Positions 8,926 through 17,791 of a stretch of 64,000 bases of DNA are shown here, one piece after another. The notes under the pieces are model-generated. The model saw only the letters and a list, made by a program, of their open reading frames with translations. It did no database searches and was not told the DNA's origin. The translations under genes and the position numbers were made by a program. Each line of letters begins with the position of its first letter. The stretch's first letter is position 1. Origin of the DNA: a virus; the IMG/VR virus record IMGVR_UViG_3300025949_000001, positions 51,996 to 115,995 of that record. One strand, given 5' to 3'.

Positions 8926-10221
8926 CTACCCTCCGGTAACCCGCAGGTTCCGCCGGTCGTCGCGGTTGGCTTTGCACACCTTGACGGCCAGGGCGCCGTA
9001 CTCGCCGGCGAGGCGCCACGGGCGCGGGACGCCGTGCTGCGGCTCGTCGAACTCGGACTCCTCCTCGACTGGGCACGCCGCCAGGCCGACCACCTGAAGG
9101 TCCTCGGCGGTGCGCCGCGCGACATGCTTGTGCAGTCCTGTGCGGCGGTGCAGCTCGGCCACCGTCAACTCCTCCCCCAGCGACAACTCGGCGAGCACCG
9201 CCATGCGCGGACGCGGAATCGTGTCCAGCGCGCACTGGCGGCAGATCGCAGTCGCGAACTCGTCCGGCTCCCCCAGCGCCTTCAGCGACTTGGCCAGTGC
9301 CTCCAACTGGTGAACCAGCCGAGGCGGCTCCTCGATGGTGGGCAGGCCCTCCACTTCGCGGCGTCCGTAGGGATTGCGCGGGACGTCCGCGCGGCCGTAG
9401 CACGTCACGATCGCCGCATCCTCGATGGCTTCGTACACCTCGTCCGAGAGGTCGATCGCGCGCACCAGGCCGCGAGCCTCGCGGACCAGCTCGGCGGCGT
9501 AGGCGGCGGCGTCCTTCTGCCGCTGCTTGAAGTCCACGCAGTTGCGGCGCTTGCGTGCGGCGGCGCGCTTGGACTCGCTGTCCGATTCCGGCAGGCGACA
9601 GTAGAGCCAGCGCGGGCCGAGCGCGTCGGTGTGGCTGGTGTAGTTGTCGATCGCCGGGGTGACGCCTGCGAGCAGCGTGAGTCGGCCGGTCCAGCGCAGC
9701 GGCTCCATGTTGCCCACATCGCGGCTGACGCTGCCGTCGTAGGCGCGGCGCAGCAGGGCGAACAACTGGTCTCGCCCGCCGCGATCGCTGGTCGCCAGCA
9801 CGGTGGAGAAGTCGCCGATGGTGACGAAGGAGCGCGACGCGTTGCGCGACAGGATTCCGGTCGGCCGCGGGTTCTTGCCTTTCGACCACGAGAGCAGCGC
9901 CGGACCGGTCAGGTCGTCCACGTGGTCTTGTACGACGTCGTTGAGCAGGTCGATGGCCTCGGTCTTGCCGCCGGAGGGCGCGCCGACGATCTGGCCCCAC
10001 AGCGGGTCGCCGTCCAGGGCGGAGGATACGGCGACCGCGACGGCGAATCGTATGTGGCCGTCGCCGTTACCGAGGTAGAGGTATTCGGCGGCGAGTTCGA
10101 GCAGTCGCGCGAGGTTGGGTCCGGGCGGCGGCGGGATGTGCTTGGCGATCTCCGTGTCATCCCAGCCCTGTTCGCGCAGCGCGGCGGCGTCGTCAGGGCC
10201 GGGCGCGAGGGCGTCGCTCAT
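8926..10221 (-). CDS. P-loop ATPase (helicase/replication-associated) with C-terminal wHTH
   Basis: Walker A GAPSGGKT, VTIGDFST, LLRRAYDG; C-terminal LTVAELHRRTGLHK HTH. Confidence 0.7.
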   Translation of the reverse strand: MSDALAPGPDDAAALREQGWDDTEIAKHIPPPPGPNLARLLELAAEYLYLGNGDGHIRFAVAVAVSSALDGDPLWGQIVGAPSGGKTEAIDLLNDVVQDHVDDLTGPALLSWSKGKNPRPTGILSRNASRSFVTIGDFSTVLATSDRGGRDQLFALLRRAYDGSVSRDVGNMEPLRWTGRLTLLAGVTPAIDNYTSHTDALGPRWLYCRLPESDSESKRAAARKRRNCVDFKQRQKDAAAYAAELVREARGLVRAIDLSDEVYEAIEDAAIVTCYGRADVPRNPYGRREVEGLPTIEEPPRLVHQLEALAKSLKALGEPDEFATAICRQCALDTIPRPRMAVLAELSLGEELTVAELHRRTGLHKHVARRTAEDLQVVGLAACPVEEESEFDEPQHGVPRPWRLAGEYGALAVKVCKANRDDRRNLRVTGG

Positions 10222-10574
10222 GCGGCACGCTCCGGCGCGTCGGCCTGCTCGGCGAAGTACTGCTCGGGCGTGAGTCGGCCGGTGAAGTCCCCTGGTCTGG
10301 GTTTGGCCCGCTCAAGTTCGCGCTCGCGCCGCCCGGCATGCGAAGGCCGGTTCGCTCCGGAGCGAACCGTAGTCGCCAGGTGCGCCCACCAGGCCGCCAT
10401 CTCCTCGTGCGCCGCAGCGTACCCGGCCTCGTACCCGTCGCCGTGTCCCGCGTCGTACGCCCACTGCTCGCGCCGCTGGACGTCGCGCAGTTCGGCGGCG
10501 AAGTTCGGCATCCACGGGCAGCGCGTCACTTCGCAGCCGCTGAGCCCAGCCGGACGTTCATCGAGGGCCGTCAC
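10218..10574 (-). CDS. hypothetical protein
   Basis: Translationally coupled to the ATPase (ATGA overlap). Confidence 0.6.
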   Translation of the reverse strand: MTALDERPAGLSGCEVTRCPWMPNFAAELRDVQRREQWAYDAGHGDGYEAGYAAAHEEMAAWWAHLATTVRSGANRPSHAGRRERELERAKPRPGDFTGRLTPEQYFAEQADAPERAA

Positions 10575-10596
10575 CGGACAGCCGCCGAACTGGCCG

Positions 10597-11367
10597 CTAG
10601 TCCACCGGGACGCGGTACCTGAACTCGAAGCGGTCGCCCGCGCAGGCGAACACGGTCACCTCTACCGGACGGTCGTCCTGCGTGTAGAGGGTCCGCACCA
10701 GATCCACGACGGGAGTGCCCGGGTGCAGCCGCAGCGCCGCCGCCTCGTCGGGCGTCGGCATCCGGGCCACCAGATCCTCCACCGCATAGGCCAGTGGCAG
10801 TCCCAGTTCGCGCTTGAGGTAGGCGTGCACGCCGCCCGGCACCTCTGCGGCGGTGCGCAGCACAGGGTCCTCGGCGAACTCCTGCGGGAAGTAGCTCAGC
10901 GCCACCTGCGCCGGTTCCCCGTCGAGCGTCAGCATCACCCGGCGCAGCAGCAGCGCATCGCCTTCGCCGACCCCCAGCAGCTCGGCGACCTTCGTCGGCG
11001 CGGGTTCGAGGCGCGCCGTGGTGACCTCCTGGCCTCGCTCGAAGTCCTGCTTTTTCGCCTCGGCCTTCATCGGCGGCGTCCCCTCGGGTCGGCGCTGCGA
11101 GAGGTGTCGTGTCGATCCCTCGCGGCGCATTCGGCGCGGGTGCCGTACGAAGGTGCCTTTGCCCTGCCGGGTGACGACCAGTCCTTCGGACTCCAACTGG
11201 CCGATGGCCTGCCGCACGGTACCCAGGGCGCTGCCGGACTCTTCGATCAACTCGCCGAGGGTCGGGAGTTTGTCGCCGTCGCGCAACTCCCCGCGCGTGA
11301 TTCGCCTGCGCAGGCCGTTCGCGATCTGCGCATAGGCCGGCGTCGGGTCGCCCGGATTGACGGTCAC
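10597..11367 (-). CDS. GntR (HutC/KorSA-like) regulator with UTRA domain
   Basis: PAYAQIANGLRRRI..KLPT..TVRQAI..L..EGLV..QGKGTFV plus UTRA. Confidence 0.9.
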   Translation of the reverse strand: MTVNPGDPTPAYAQIANGLRRRITRGELRDGDKLPTLGELIEESGSALGTVRQAIGQLESEGLVVTRQGKGTFVRHPRRMRREGSTRHLSQRRPEGTPPMKAEAKKQDFERGQEVTTARLEPAPTKVAELLGVGEGDALLLRRVMLTLDGEPAQVALSYFPQEFAEDPVLRTAAEVPGGVHAYLKRELGLPLAYAVEDLVARMPTPDEAAALRLHPGTPVVDLVRTLYTQDDRPVEVTVFACAGDRFEFRYRVPVD

Positions 11368-11455
11368 AACTCAACTCCCTGTCCTCGCCTTCTTTGAGTC
11401 TAGCGACAGAGTTGACAGAGCCACACTTATAGAAGACTATCAGAGGTAGCACACC

Positions 11456-11719
11456 GTGAGAATCGATGCAAACGCAGCAACGGCAGCGAGGGAGGCGTCA
11501 GTGAGTAGCCCCAAGGCCCCGGCCGGATTCAACGAGCCGAGCTTCTCGGTGGGGGAGTTCGCCGACGCCATCGGCGTGCACCGCGTCACGGTGCGCCGCT
11601 GGATCAACCGGGGCCTTCTGGCGCACTGGCTGACCCCGACCGGGCGTGTCCGCATCCCGCAGAGCGCAGTCGACTCGGGCGTCAAGGTCCGGGCTGCCAC
11701 CGAGACGCACGCCGCATGA
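11456..11719 (+). CDS. excisionase-like/MerR-type HTH protein
   Basis: FSVGEFADAIGVHRVTVRRWINRG..TPTGRVRIP; divergent from GntR; start uncertain. Confidence 0.8.
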   Translation: MRIDANAATAAREASVSSPKAPAGFNEPSFSVGEFADAIGVHRVTVRRWINRGLLAHWLTPTGRVRIPQSAVDSGVKVRAATETHAA

Positions 11720-11793
11720 ACACGAAAACGGCTCGGCTGGAGGGCGAACTCCAGCCGAGCCGACGATCCGCCACCTTGGAGGGAAACCGGATC

Positions 11794-12135
11794 ATGCAGA
11801 GCCTAACCGGAACCGACACCACCGCGCTCGCTCTGGCCGCGGCGGCCACCACCGCCTGCCAGGTGCTGCCCGGCTGCACCGTCGACCACGGCGACCCGGA
11901 GATCGGCGACGCCTTCCACTACACCCGCAACACCTGGACCGGCCCGATCGCCACCAACGTCGAGATCACCACCGACGGCGAGGTTGTCCTCGCGATCGGC
12001 AACGGCTCCGACCCCGAGCGCCTGGACGCCGACGAAACCGCCGCCCTGATCGCCGCCCTGATCGCGCACCGCGAGCGCATGAACAACCTGCGCGCCGAGA
12101 TGACCGCGACGATCACGAACCGGGGCGCGCGATGA
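11794..12135 (+). CDS. hypothetical protein (DUF6907-like)
   Basis: GGAGGG RBS; C...GC..DH...H pattern. Confidence 0.55.
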   Translation: MQSLTGTDTTALALAAAATTACQVLPGCTVDHGDPEIGDAFHYTRNTWTGPIATNVEITTDGEVVLAIGNGSDPERLDADETAALIAALIAHRERMNNLRAEMTATITNRGAR

Positions 12136-12293
12136 CCATCCACGCGGCGAACACCAACACCCACTCCTGGCGCTGCCCCGCATGCGGCACCTGCAAAGCC
12201 GGCTACCCCTCCCAGAGCGCCGCGCACCGCGCCGAAACCCGCCACGCCGACACCGCGCACCACAGCGCCGCAGCGAACGGCGGCGCGCGATGA
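12132..12293 (+). CDS. small C2H2-like zinc-finger protein
   Basis: CPACG..AETRH...H; ATGA overlaps at both ends. Confidence 0.55.
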   Translation: MTIHAANTNTHSWRCPACGTCKAGYPSQSAAHRAETRHADTAHHSAAANGGAR

Positions 12294-12610
12294 ACCCGAA
12301 CACGCACCCCGCTGCCACGCCTGCCATCGTTTCGCTGAACACCCTCGCCCGCTGGACCCCGGCCAACGCCGACGAACTGGCCCGCGTCCTGCAAGCCGTC
12401 CACAACCACAGCGAGCACACCATCATCAGCGCGCTGCTCGACGTCCTGGACAACCTCGCCACCGCGGCGTTCGGCATGCAGGGCGTCAACCCCGAGCAGG
12501 CCCGGCTGATCGCCGGACACCTCGAGCGCGCCGGCCAGGGCATCGCCGCAGCAGCGGCCGACTGGATCGACCGGGCGCGCGAAGCCACCGGAGCGGAGTG
12601 GACGCGATGA
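12290..12610 (+). CDS. hypothetical protein
   Basis: ATGA coupling, high GC3. Confidence 0.6.
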   Translation: MNPNTHPAATPAIVSLNTLARWTPANADELARVLQAVHNHSEHTIISALLDVLDNLATAAFGMQGVNPEQARLIAGHLERAGQGIAAAAADWIDRAREATGAEWTR

Positions 12611-12813
12611 GGCGCCCCCCGATCGCACTCGCCGCCGCGCGCCTCTACCTGCGCCTGTGGCCCCTCGCCGGCGTCTGCGGGCGCTGCGGACACCGCATCA
12701 GCGCCGACACGCACTCCGTCCTCGTGCTGCGCAACTACAAGACCCTGCGCCGCGTGCTGATCCACCAGGGGCCGTGCCCGCCGCAGCCCATGCAGAAGGA
12801 GTCCGCGCGATGA
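12607..12813 (+). CDS. small Zn-binding hypothetical protein
   Basis: CGRCG..H..C; coupled. Confidence 0.55.
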   Translation: MRRPPIALAAARLYLRLWPLAGVCGRCGHRISADTHSVLVLRNYKTLRRVLIHQGPCPPQPMQKESAR

Positions 12814-13211
12814 GGCGCCTGCTGCACGGCCTCGGCCGGTGGCGCGGCACCCACTGCGACACCTGCGGGCGGCGCATCGCCCCCAACCAGTCCGCCGTCG
12901 CCGGACCCGGCAACACCCGGCTCGTGCACTACAACCCCGACCACTGCGACAGCGCGACCCGCCGGCCGCGCGACCGCCGCCGCGCAGCCCGTGTCGCCAT
13001 GGCGGCCACCGCGATCCTCACCCTCGCCGCCATCGCCGTGCTGTTCCTCGACCACAACCGCGGCCACCACCGCCCCGAACTGGCCGCCATCGCCGCCACC
13101 GCGGTCGCGCTCAGTGCCGCGCAGATCATCGAACGGCGCCAGCACATCCGCCGCCTGGCCGACAACGACCCCGCCCTGCGCGAGATGACCCGCAAGGACA
13201 GTGAGCGATGA
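12810..13211 (+). CDS. Zn-ribbon plus two-TM membrane protein
   Basis: CDTCG..H...C then two hydrophobic helices. Confidence 0.6.
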   Translation: MRRLLHGLGRWRGTHCDTCGRRIAPNQSAVAGPGNTRLVHYNPDHCDSATRRPRDRRRAARVAMAATAILTLAAIAVLFLDHNRGHHRPELAAIAATAVALSAAQIIERRQHIRRLADNDPALREMTRKDSER

Positions 13212-13891
13212 GAACCTACAAGCGCCTGATCGCGCAGACCCACGACATCAACGCCGAGTCCCCCGCGCAGGCCGACGAGATCGCCCACATCCGCGCCCGC
13301 GCCGTCGACACCATGCTGCGCGGCCTGAACATGGGCACCGCCTGGGCGCCCACCATCGCCGACGGCGCGAGCGGCGCCGACGAACTGGTGGACATCCTCG
13401 AAGGCACGCACCTGGCCGACGAAGTCGACGACAATCCGGAGCGCAACCCGCGCCCCGGCTACGTCCCGATCGAGGACACGACGATCCCCGAGCGGCTGCT
13501 CGCCTGGCGCGACGCCGCGATCCAGCAGGCGCTGCGCGATGCGATCCCCGCCGCCACCCTCGACGACCTGCGCGCCATCCGCGAAGACGCCGCCGCGTCC
13601 ATCAACGACCCCGCCAGGCGCCTGGCCGCCCTGCACCGCATCGTCGCGACCGCGTCCCGGATCGCCGACGGGCTAGACCTAAGCGGCCTCGCCGGATGGC
13701 AAGACGGGATCACCTGGTCGTGCGCGCACCACGGCGAGGCGGGCGACGACACCGAGCACTGCCCCACCTGCATCGAGATGGGCATCATCAGCGCCCCCGC
13801 CCCGACGGCCAGCTCCAACGCCGCCGCCGCCGGATGGGGCGAGCCGCTGCCCGCGCACGCGTACAGCGACAGCGACGGGGAGGCGGACTGA
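13208..13891 (+). CDS. hypothetical protein
   Basis: AAGGA RBS, coupled, high GC3. Confidence 0.65.
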   Translation: MRTYKRLIAQTHDINAESPAQADEIAHIRARAVDTMLRGLNMGTAWAPTIADGASGADELVDILEGTHLADEVDDNPERNPRPGYVPIEDTTIPERLLAWRDAAIQQALRDAIPAATLDDLRAIREDAAASINDPARRLAALHRIVATASRIADGLDLSGLAGWQDGITWSCAHHGEAGDDTEHCPTCIEMGIISAPAPTASSNAAAAGWGEPLPAHAYSDSDGEAD

Positions 13892-13892
13892 G

Positions 13893-14759
13893 ATGACCAC
13901 CACGACCGCCACCCCGCCCGAACACGGCACCACCCGCCGCTACCGGCTCGGCTGCCACTGCCAGGAATGCCGCGCCGCCGCCGCCCGCCAAGCCAAAACC
14001 CGCGTCTACGCACACCACACCGGCACCTGGCGCGACCCCTACACCGACACCGCCCGCGCCTGCGAACACCTGCGCACCCTGACCGACGCCGGCCTCACCC
14101 TCAGCGAAATCGCCCGCCTGTCCGGCGTCAACCACGACACGCTGCGCACCATCACCGGCCGCCGCCGCGGCATCGAGCGCCGCCGCATCACCCGGGTCAA
14201 CGAGCAGCGCATCCTCGCCGTACGCCTCGACCTGGACCGCCTGCCCCCGCACGCCCTAATCCCCGCCACCGCGACCCGCCGGCGCCTGCAAGCCCTCGCC
14301 GTCACCGGCTGGAGCGCCGCCGTCCTGGCCGAGCGCGCCGGGGTGCAACAGCAGGCCCTGACCCTCCTGCGCTCCGGGCGCCAGCCGCTCGTGCGCGCCG
14401 GCACCGCCCGCGCGGTACGCGACCTGTTCGAGCGGCTGGCGTGCACGGACGCGCTGGGCCTGGTGCCGGACGCGGCGAAAGCGAAGCTCGTCAAGACCCT
14501 CGCACGCCGCCGCGGCTGGGCCCCGGCTGCCGCATGGGACGAGGACACCATCGACGACCCCGCGGCCGAACCCGACCTCGGCGCCCGAACGCGCCGCCAG
14601 GACGCGATCGCGGAAGACGCCGCGTGGATCGCGCGCACCGAGGTCGCGGACCGCGACCTGATCGCCGCGCGCCTGGGCATCAGCCGCGACTACCTGGACC
14701 AGGCGCTCACCCGCGCCGCCCGCGAACCGGTCCGCGAGTTGGCGGGAGCGGCCCGATGA
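13893..14759 (+). CDS. actinophage multi-HTH DNA-binding protein
   Basis: HGT..RY..GCHCQEC motif; two XRE-like HTHs; RRRLQALAVTGWS; WDEDTIDDP. Confidence 0.75.
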   Translation: MTTTTATPPEHGTTRRYRLGCHCQECRAAAARQAKTRVYAHHTGTWRDPYTDTARACEHLRTLTDAGLTLSEIARLSGVNHDTLRTITGRRRGIERRRITRVNEQRILAVRLDLDRLPPHALIPATATRRRLQALAVTGWSAAVLAERAGVQQQALTLLRSGRQPLVRAGTARAVRDLFERLACTDALGLVPDAAKAKLVKTLARRRGWAPAAAWDEDTIDDPAAEPDLGARTRRQDAIAEDAAWIARTEVADRDLIAARLGISRDYLDQALTRAAREPVRELAGAAR

Positions 14760-15109
14760 GCGGCATCGAAACCGGCCCGAGCCCCGCCGACATCGTCAAC
14801 CGCGCCGCCGACGCGCTCGAGGCCGCAGGCAAGCCGCTGCTCGCACAAGCCGTAAGACTGCTCGCCGAACGCGCCGAGGACCTGGCCGTGGACGCCGAGC
14901 AGCTGCACGCCGCGCTCGCTGACGCGACGGAAGCAGCAGAAACCTGGGCCGCCGTCCACGCGCAGACCGAAGAGACGGCGGAAACCCGGGCCCGCATGTA
15001 CCGGCTCGCCGCAGAGGACACCGCCCACTACCGCGAGACCCTCCAGCGCATCGCCAAGGCCACGAGTCTCGAGGACGCGCGGCGGATCGCGAACGGGGCG
15101 CTGTCATGA
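14756..15109 (+). CDS. coiled-coil hypothetical protein
   Basis: ATGA coupling. Confidence 0.6.
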   Translation: MSGIETGPSPADIVNRAADALEAAGKPLLAQAVRLLAERAEDLAVDAEQLHAALADATEAAETWAAVHAQTEETAETRARMYRLAAEDTAHYRETLQRIAKATSLEDARRIANGALS

Positions 15110-15309
15110 CCAGCCACCCGATCACCGCCGCACCGACCGTCACCAGCGGCTGCTGCGTGGCCTGTCAGGCAGGCCAAACGCGTGCCGCGTGCGACACCAG
15201 CCTGCCCGTCGTGCAGCGCGCCAGCATCACCGCGATCGCCCGACGCGCCCCGAACCCCGACATCCCCGGCTACCTGGCCGAGGCGGTCCCGGCATACCCG
15301 TCCATCTAA
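15106..15309 (+). CDS. small hypothetical protein
   Basis: Coupled; CCVAC motif. Confidence 0.5.
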   Translation: MTSHPITAAPTVTSGCCVACQAGQTRAACDTSLPVVQRASITAIARRAPNPDIPGYLAEAVPAYPSI

Positions 15310-15319
15310 GGAAACGATC

Positions 15320-15562
15320 ATGACCGCGTACACCGACCGCCTCCTTGACGAGAACGACGACCTGACCCCGGACCCCGCGCTCGTGCGGCGCGTCGCAGCA
15401 CGTGTCAAGGCGCACCTCGGCCACCGCCGCACCGGCAAGGTCATGTTCGACGACATCGTGGCCGCCATCCTCGCGGACCCCCAGCTCACGGCCGAGGTCG
15501 CCCGGCTCGACGACGGCGCGCGAGAACTGCTGCTTGACGACGTCCAGACCGAGATCGGCTGA
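15320..15562 (+). CDS. hypothetical protein
   Basis: AAGGA RBS. Confidence 0.6.
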   Translation: MTAYTDRLLDENDDLTPDPALVRRVAARVKAHLGHRRTGKVMFDDIVAAILADPQLTAEVARLDDGARELLLDDVQTEIG

Positions 15563-15567
15563 GCGTG

Positions 15568-15771
15568 ATGAACCGCAGGCAAACTCGGCCGCTGTGGCGC
15601 CGCTACCTCAACAGCCTCATCGACACTCGGCGCCGCCACGCCAACTCTGCCCAGAGCGCGCACGCCGGCCCGCAGGAGTGCCTCGACGACCACCGGTCCT
15701 TGCCGCTGTGGCGCCGCGTCCTAGTCGGGCTGCTCGGCGTCCGACTCGAGCGCGAACACCGCCGGTCCTGA
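15568..15771 (+). CDS. small basic hypothetical protein
   Basis: Fills operon gap, high GC3. Confidence 0.45.
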   Translation: MNRRQTRPLWRRYLNSLIDTRRRHANSAQSAHAGPQECLDDHRSLPLWRRVLVGLLGVRLEREHRRS

Positions 15772-15816
15772 CCGTCCACCGTGGCCGACCCGAACCCGAC
15801 ACCAAAGGAGCCATCC

Positions 15817-15954
15817 ATGCCCGACCAGGAAGTCACCGTCATCACCGGCAACGGCGCCCAGACCAGCGGCCCCATGCCCCAGCGCGACGCCGAGATCGTC
15901 AAGGCACTCGCCGAGATCAGCGGCAACATCGGGAACAGCAAACCCGCCAAGTAG
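15817..15954 (+). CDS. 45-aa protein (not in ORF track)
   Basis: AAAGGAG RBS; MPDQEVTVITG...SKPAK. Confidence 0.6.
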   Translation: MPDQEVTVITGNGAQTSGPMPQRDAEIVKALAEISGNIGNSKPAK

Positions 15955-16009
15955 CCGACCAGCCAGCCGCAGGCGACCAGCCCGGACCAGCAACCCCGAA
16001 AGGAACACG

Positions 16010-16180
16010 ATGCCCCGCAACACCAGCCGCCGCACCACCACCCCGGCCGACGCCCCGAACCCCACCCCCGAGAACGACCTCTACGACGACACCGACACCG
16101 ACGAAACCCAGGCCGCCACCGCGCGCGGCGGCCGGACCGTCATCAGCGCCGCCGCCCTCTTCGGGCGCAAGACCAAGTAG
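16010..16180 (+). CDS. 56-aa protein (not in ORF track)
   Basis: GAAAGGA RBS; MPRNTSRR...LFGRKTK. Confidence 0.6.
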   Translation: MPRNTSRRTTTPADAPNPTPENDLYDDTDTDETQAATARGGRTVISAAALFGRKTK

Positions 16181-16253
16181 CCCACCAGGCGCCCGGCCGA
16201 CCACCACCGGCCGGGCCGACCATCCAACGACACCGCCGAAGGAGGCGAGACCG

Positions 16254-16544
16254 ATGCTCGCGATCACGCTCACACTGCTGGTTCTGGGCGCGCTGCTCGC
16301 CGCCTTCGGCACCGCCGGGTTCGCATTGAACTGGACGGCACCCGACCACGACAGCCTCCGGTACACCCAGGGCATCGCCAAGGCCGGGCGCCGGCTGTCC
16401 GCCGCCGGCCTGACGCTGTACGCCCTGCATTACGGCGCGAGCGGCCCGGCGCTGATTGCGCTGCTACTGGCCGCCGCGCTCGCACTCGCGACCTACCTCA
16501 CTCGAACAACGAGCACCTTATTGGCGGACGGTGGTGGCCGGTGA
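16254..16544 (+). CDS. three-TM membrane protein; target gene of the TnpB cassette (recoded C-terminus)
   Basis: AAGGAGG RBS; hydrophobic helices; last 16 codons include rare codons and parallel 17741-17791. Confidence 0.7.
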   Translation: MLAITLTLLVLGALLAAFGTAGFALNWTAPDHDSLRYTQGIAKAGRRLSAAGLTLYALHYGASGPALIALLLAAALALATYLTRTTSTLLADGGGR

Positions 16545-17791
16545 AGCAAGCAAAGAGGTTCCGGCTCTACCCGACGCCCACGCAGGAGCAGACCCTGCTC
16601 ACGCACTGCGCGCACGCCCGGTATGTGTGGAACCTGGCGATCGAGCAGCACTCCTGGTGGACGCCTCGGCGCGGACCTGCGCCGACGTTTGCGGCGCAGT
16701 GCCGCCAACTGACCGAGGCCCGCGCCGAGTTCGAATGGCTGCGCGAAGGCTCAGTAAACGTCCAGCAGCAGGCGCTGCGCGACTTCGACCAGGCTATGCG
16801 GCACTTTTTCAACCGTACCCACGGACGCCCCAGCTTCCGGAGTAAGCACCGCAACGAGGGGTTCCGCATCACCGACAGATGTGACGTGCAGAAACTCAAC
16901 AGGCGCTGGGCGCAGGTGAGGATTCCCAAGATCGGATGGGTGCGCTTCCGGCTGTCCACGGCGCTCCTGCCGGACGCGAAGTCCTACCGGGTGACCTGCC
17001 GCAACGGTCGGTGGCACGTGGCGTTCGCGGTCATTCCCGACCCGATCGAGCCGCCCGGTACCGGAGAACTGGTCGGGATCGACCGGGGCGTAACGATAAC
17101 CGCCGCACTCTCGGACGGGCGCACCTTGAACTGCCCTCAGTCGAGCGTCAAAGAACAAGCCCGCGTTCGCAAGCATCAGCGTCGCGCAGCCCGCGCGCCG
17201 AAGGGCAGCGACGAGAAGGGCGCCGAGTACGCGCAAGTCGCCAAACTGAAGGCGCGCGAGGCGGACCGGCGCAAGGACTGGGTGGAGAAGACCAGCACGG
17301 ATCTTGCGCGGCGTTTTGACCTGATCCGGTTCGAGAAGCTGAACATTCGGAACATGACCGCCTCGGCACGGGGAACCATCGAAGCGCCCGGCCGCAACGT
17401 CAGGCAGAAGTCCGGCCTGAACCGGGCGATCCTCGCCCAGGGCTGGGGGCAGCTTCGACTGCGCACCGGGCAAAAGGCGCCCGGCCGGGTTGAGGATGTC
17501 CCGGCGCCGTACACCTCGCTGCGATGCAGCGCCTGCGGGTGGATCGAGAAGGACTCGCGCAAGAGCCAAGCCGAGTTCGTCTGCGTGTCCTGCGGGTTCG
17601 CGTGCAACGCAGATGTGAATGCAGCAGTGAACGTCGCGGCGGGGCACGCCGCAGGGATGACGCCGTGCCAGCGGCCGAGCATCCGTGGACCTCGGCCCGT
17701 ACGGGCCGGAATCCTGCCTAGAGCGCAGGAGGGTGCCAACTACCTGACCGCCACCACCAACACCATCGTCCCGAGCGGAGCCACGCCGTGA
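16541..17791 (+). CDS. tnpB: TnpB RNA-guided endonuclease (IS200/IS605 type), no transposase
   Basis: KRFRLYPT..HARYVWN; RuvC D (GIDRG), E (FEKL), D (NADVNAA); CSAC/CVSC zinc finger. Confidence 0.93.
   Translation: MKQAKRFRLYPTPTQEQTLLTHCAHARYVWNLAIEQHSWWTPRRGPAPTFAAQCRQLTEARAEFEWLREGSVNVQQQALRDFDQAMRHFFNRTHGRPSFRSKHRNEGFRITDRCDVQKLNRRWAQVRIPKIGWVRFRLSTALLPDAKSYRVTCRNGRWHVAFAVIPDPIEPPGTGELVGIDRGVTITAALSDGRTLNCPQSSVKEQARVRKHQRRAARAPKGSDEKGAEYAQVAKLKAREADRRKDWVEKTSTDLARRFDLIRFEKLNIRNMTASARGTIEAPGRNVRQKSGLNRAILAQGWGQLRLRTGQKAPGRVEDVPAPYTSLRCSACGWIEKDSRKSQAEFVCVSCGFACNADVNAAVNVAAGHAAGMTPCQRPSIRGPRPVRAGILPRAQEGANYLTATTNTIVPSGATP
17640..17760 (+). ncRNA. putative TnpB omegaRNA 3' part and guide (guide from about 17741)
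   Basis: CGGCCCGTACGGGCCG hairpin, then GGAATCCTGC..GCAGGAGGGTGCCAAC resembling the IS605 right end; 5' boundary unknown. Confidence 0.6.

Noticed and set aside
6889-11397. 1502-aa plus-strand ORF
   Set aside because: Antisense shadow of six coherent minus-strand genes; no motifs; expected in high-GC DNA.
16494-16544. Target-site duplication explaining the TnpB flank similarity
   Set aside because: IS200/IS605 elements make no TSD, and the similarity is at protein level with synonymous divergence.
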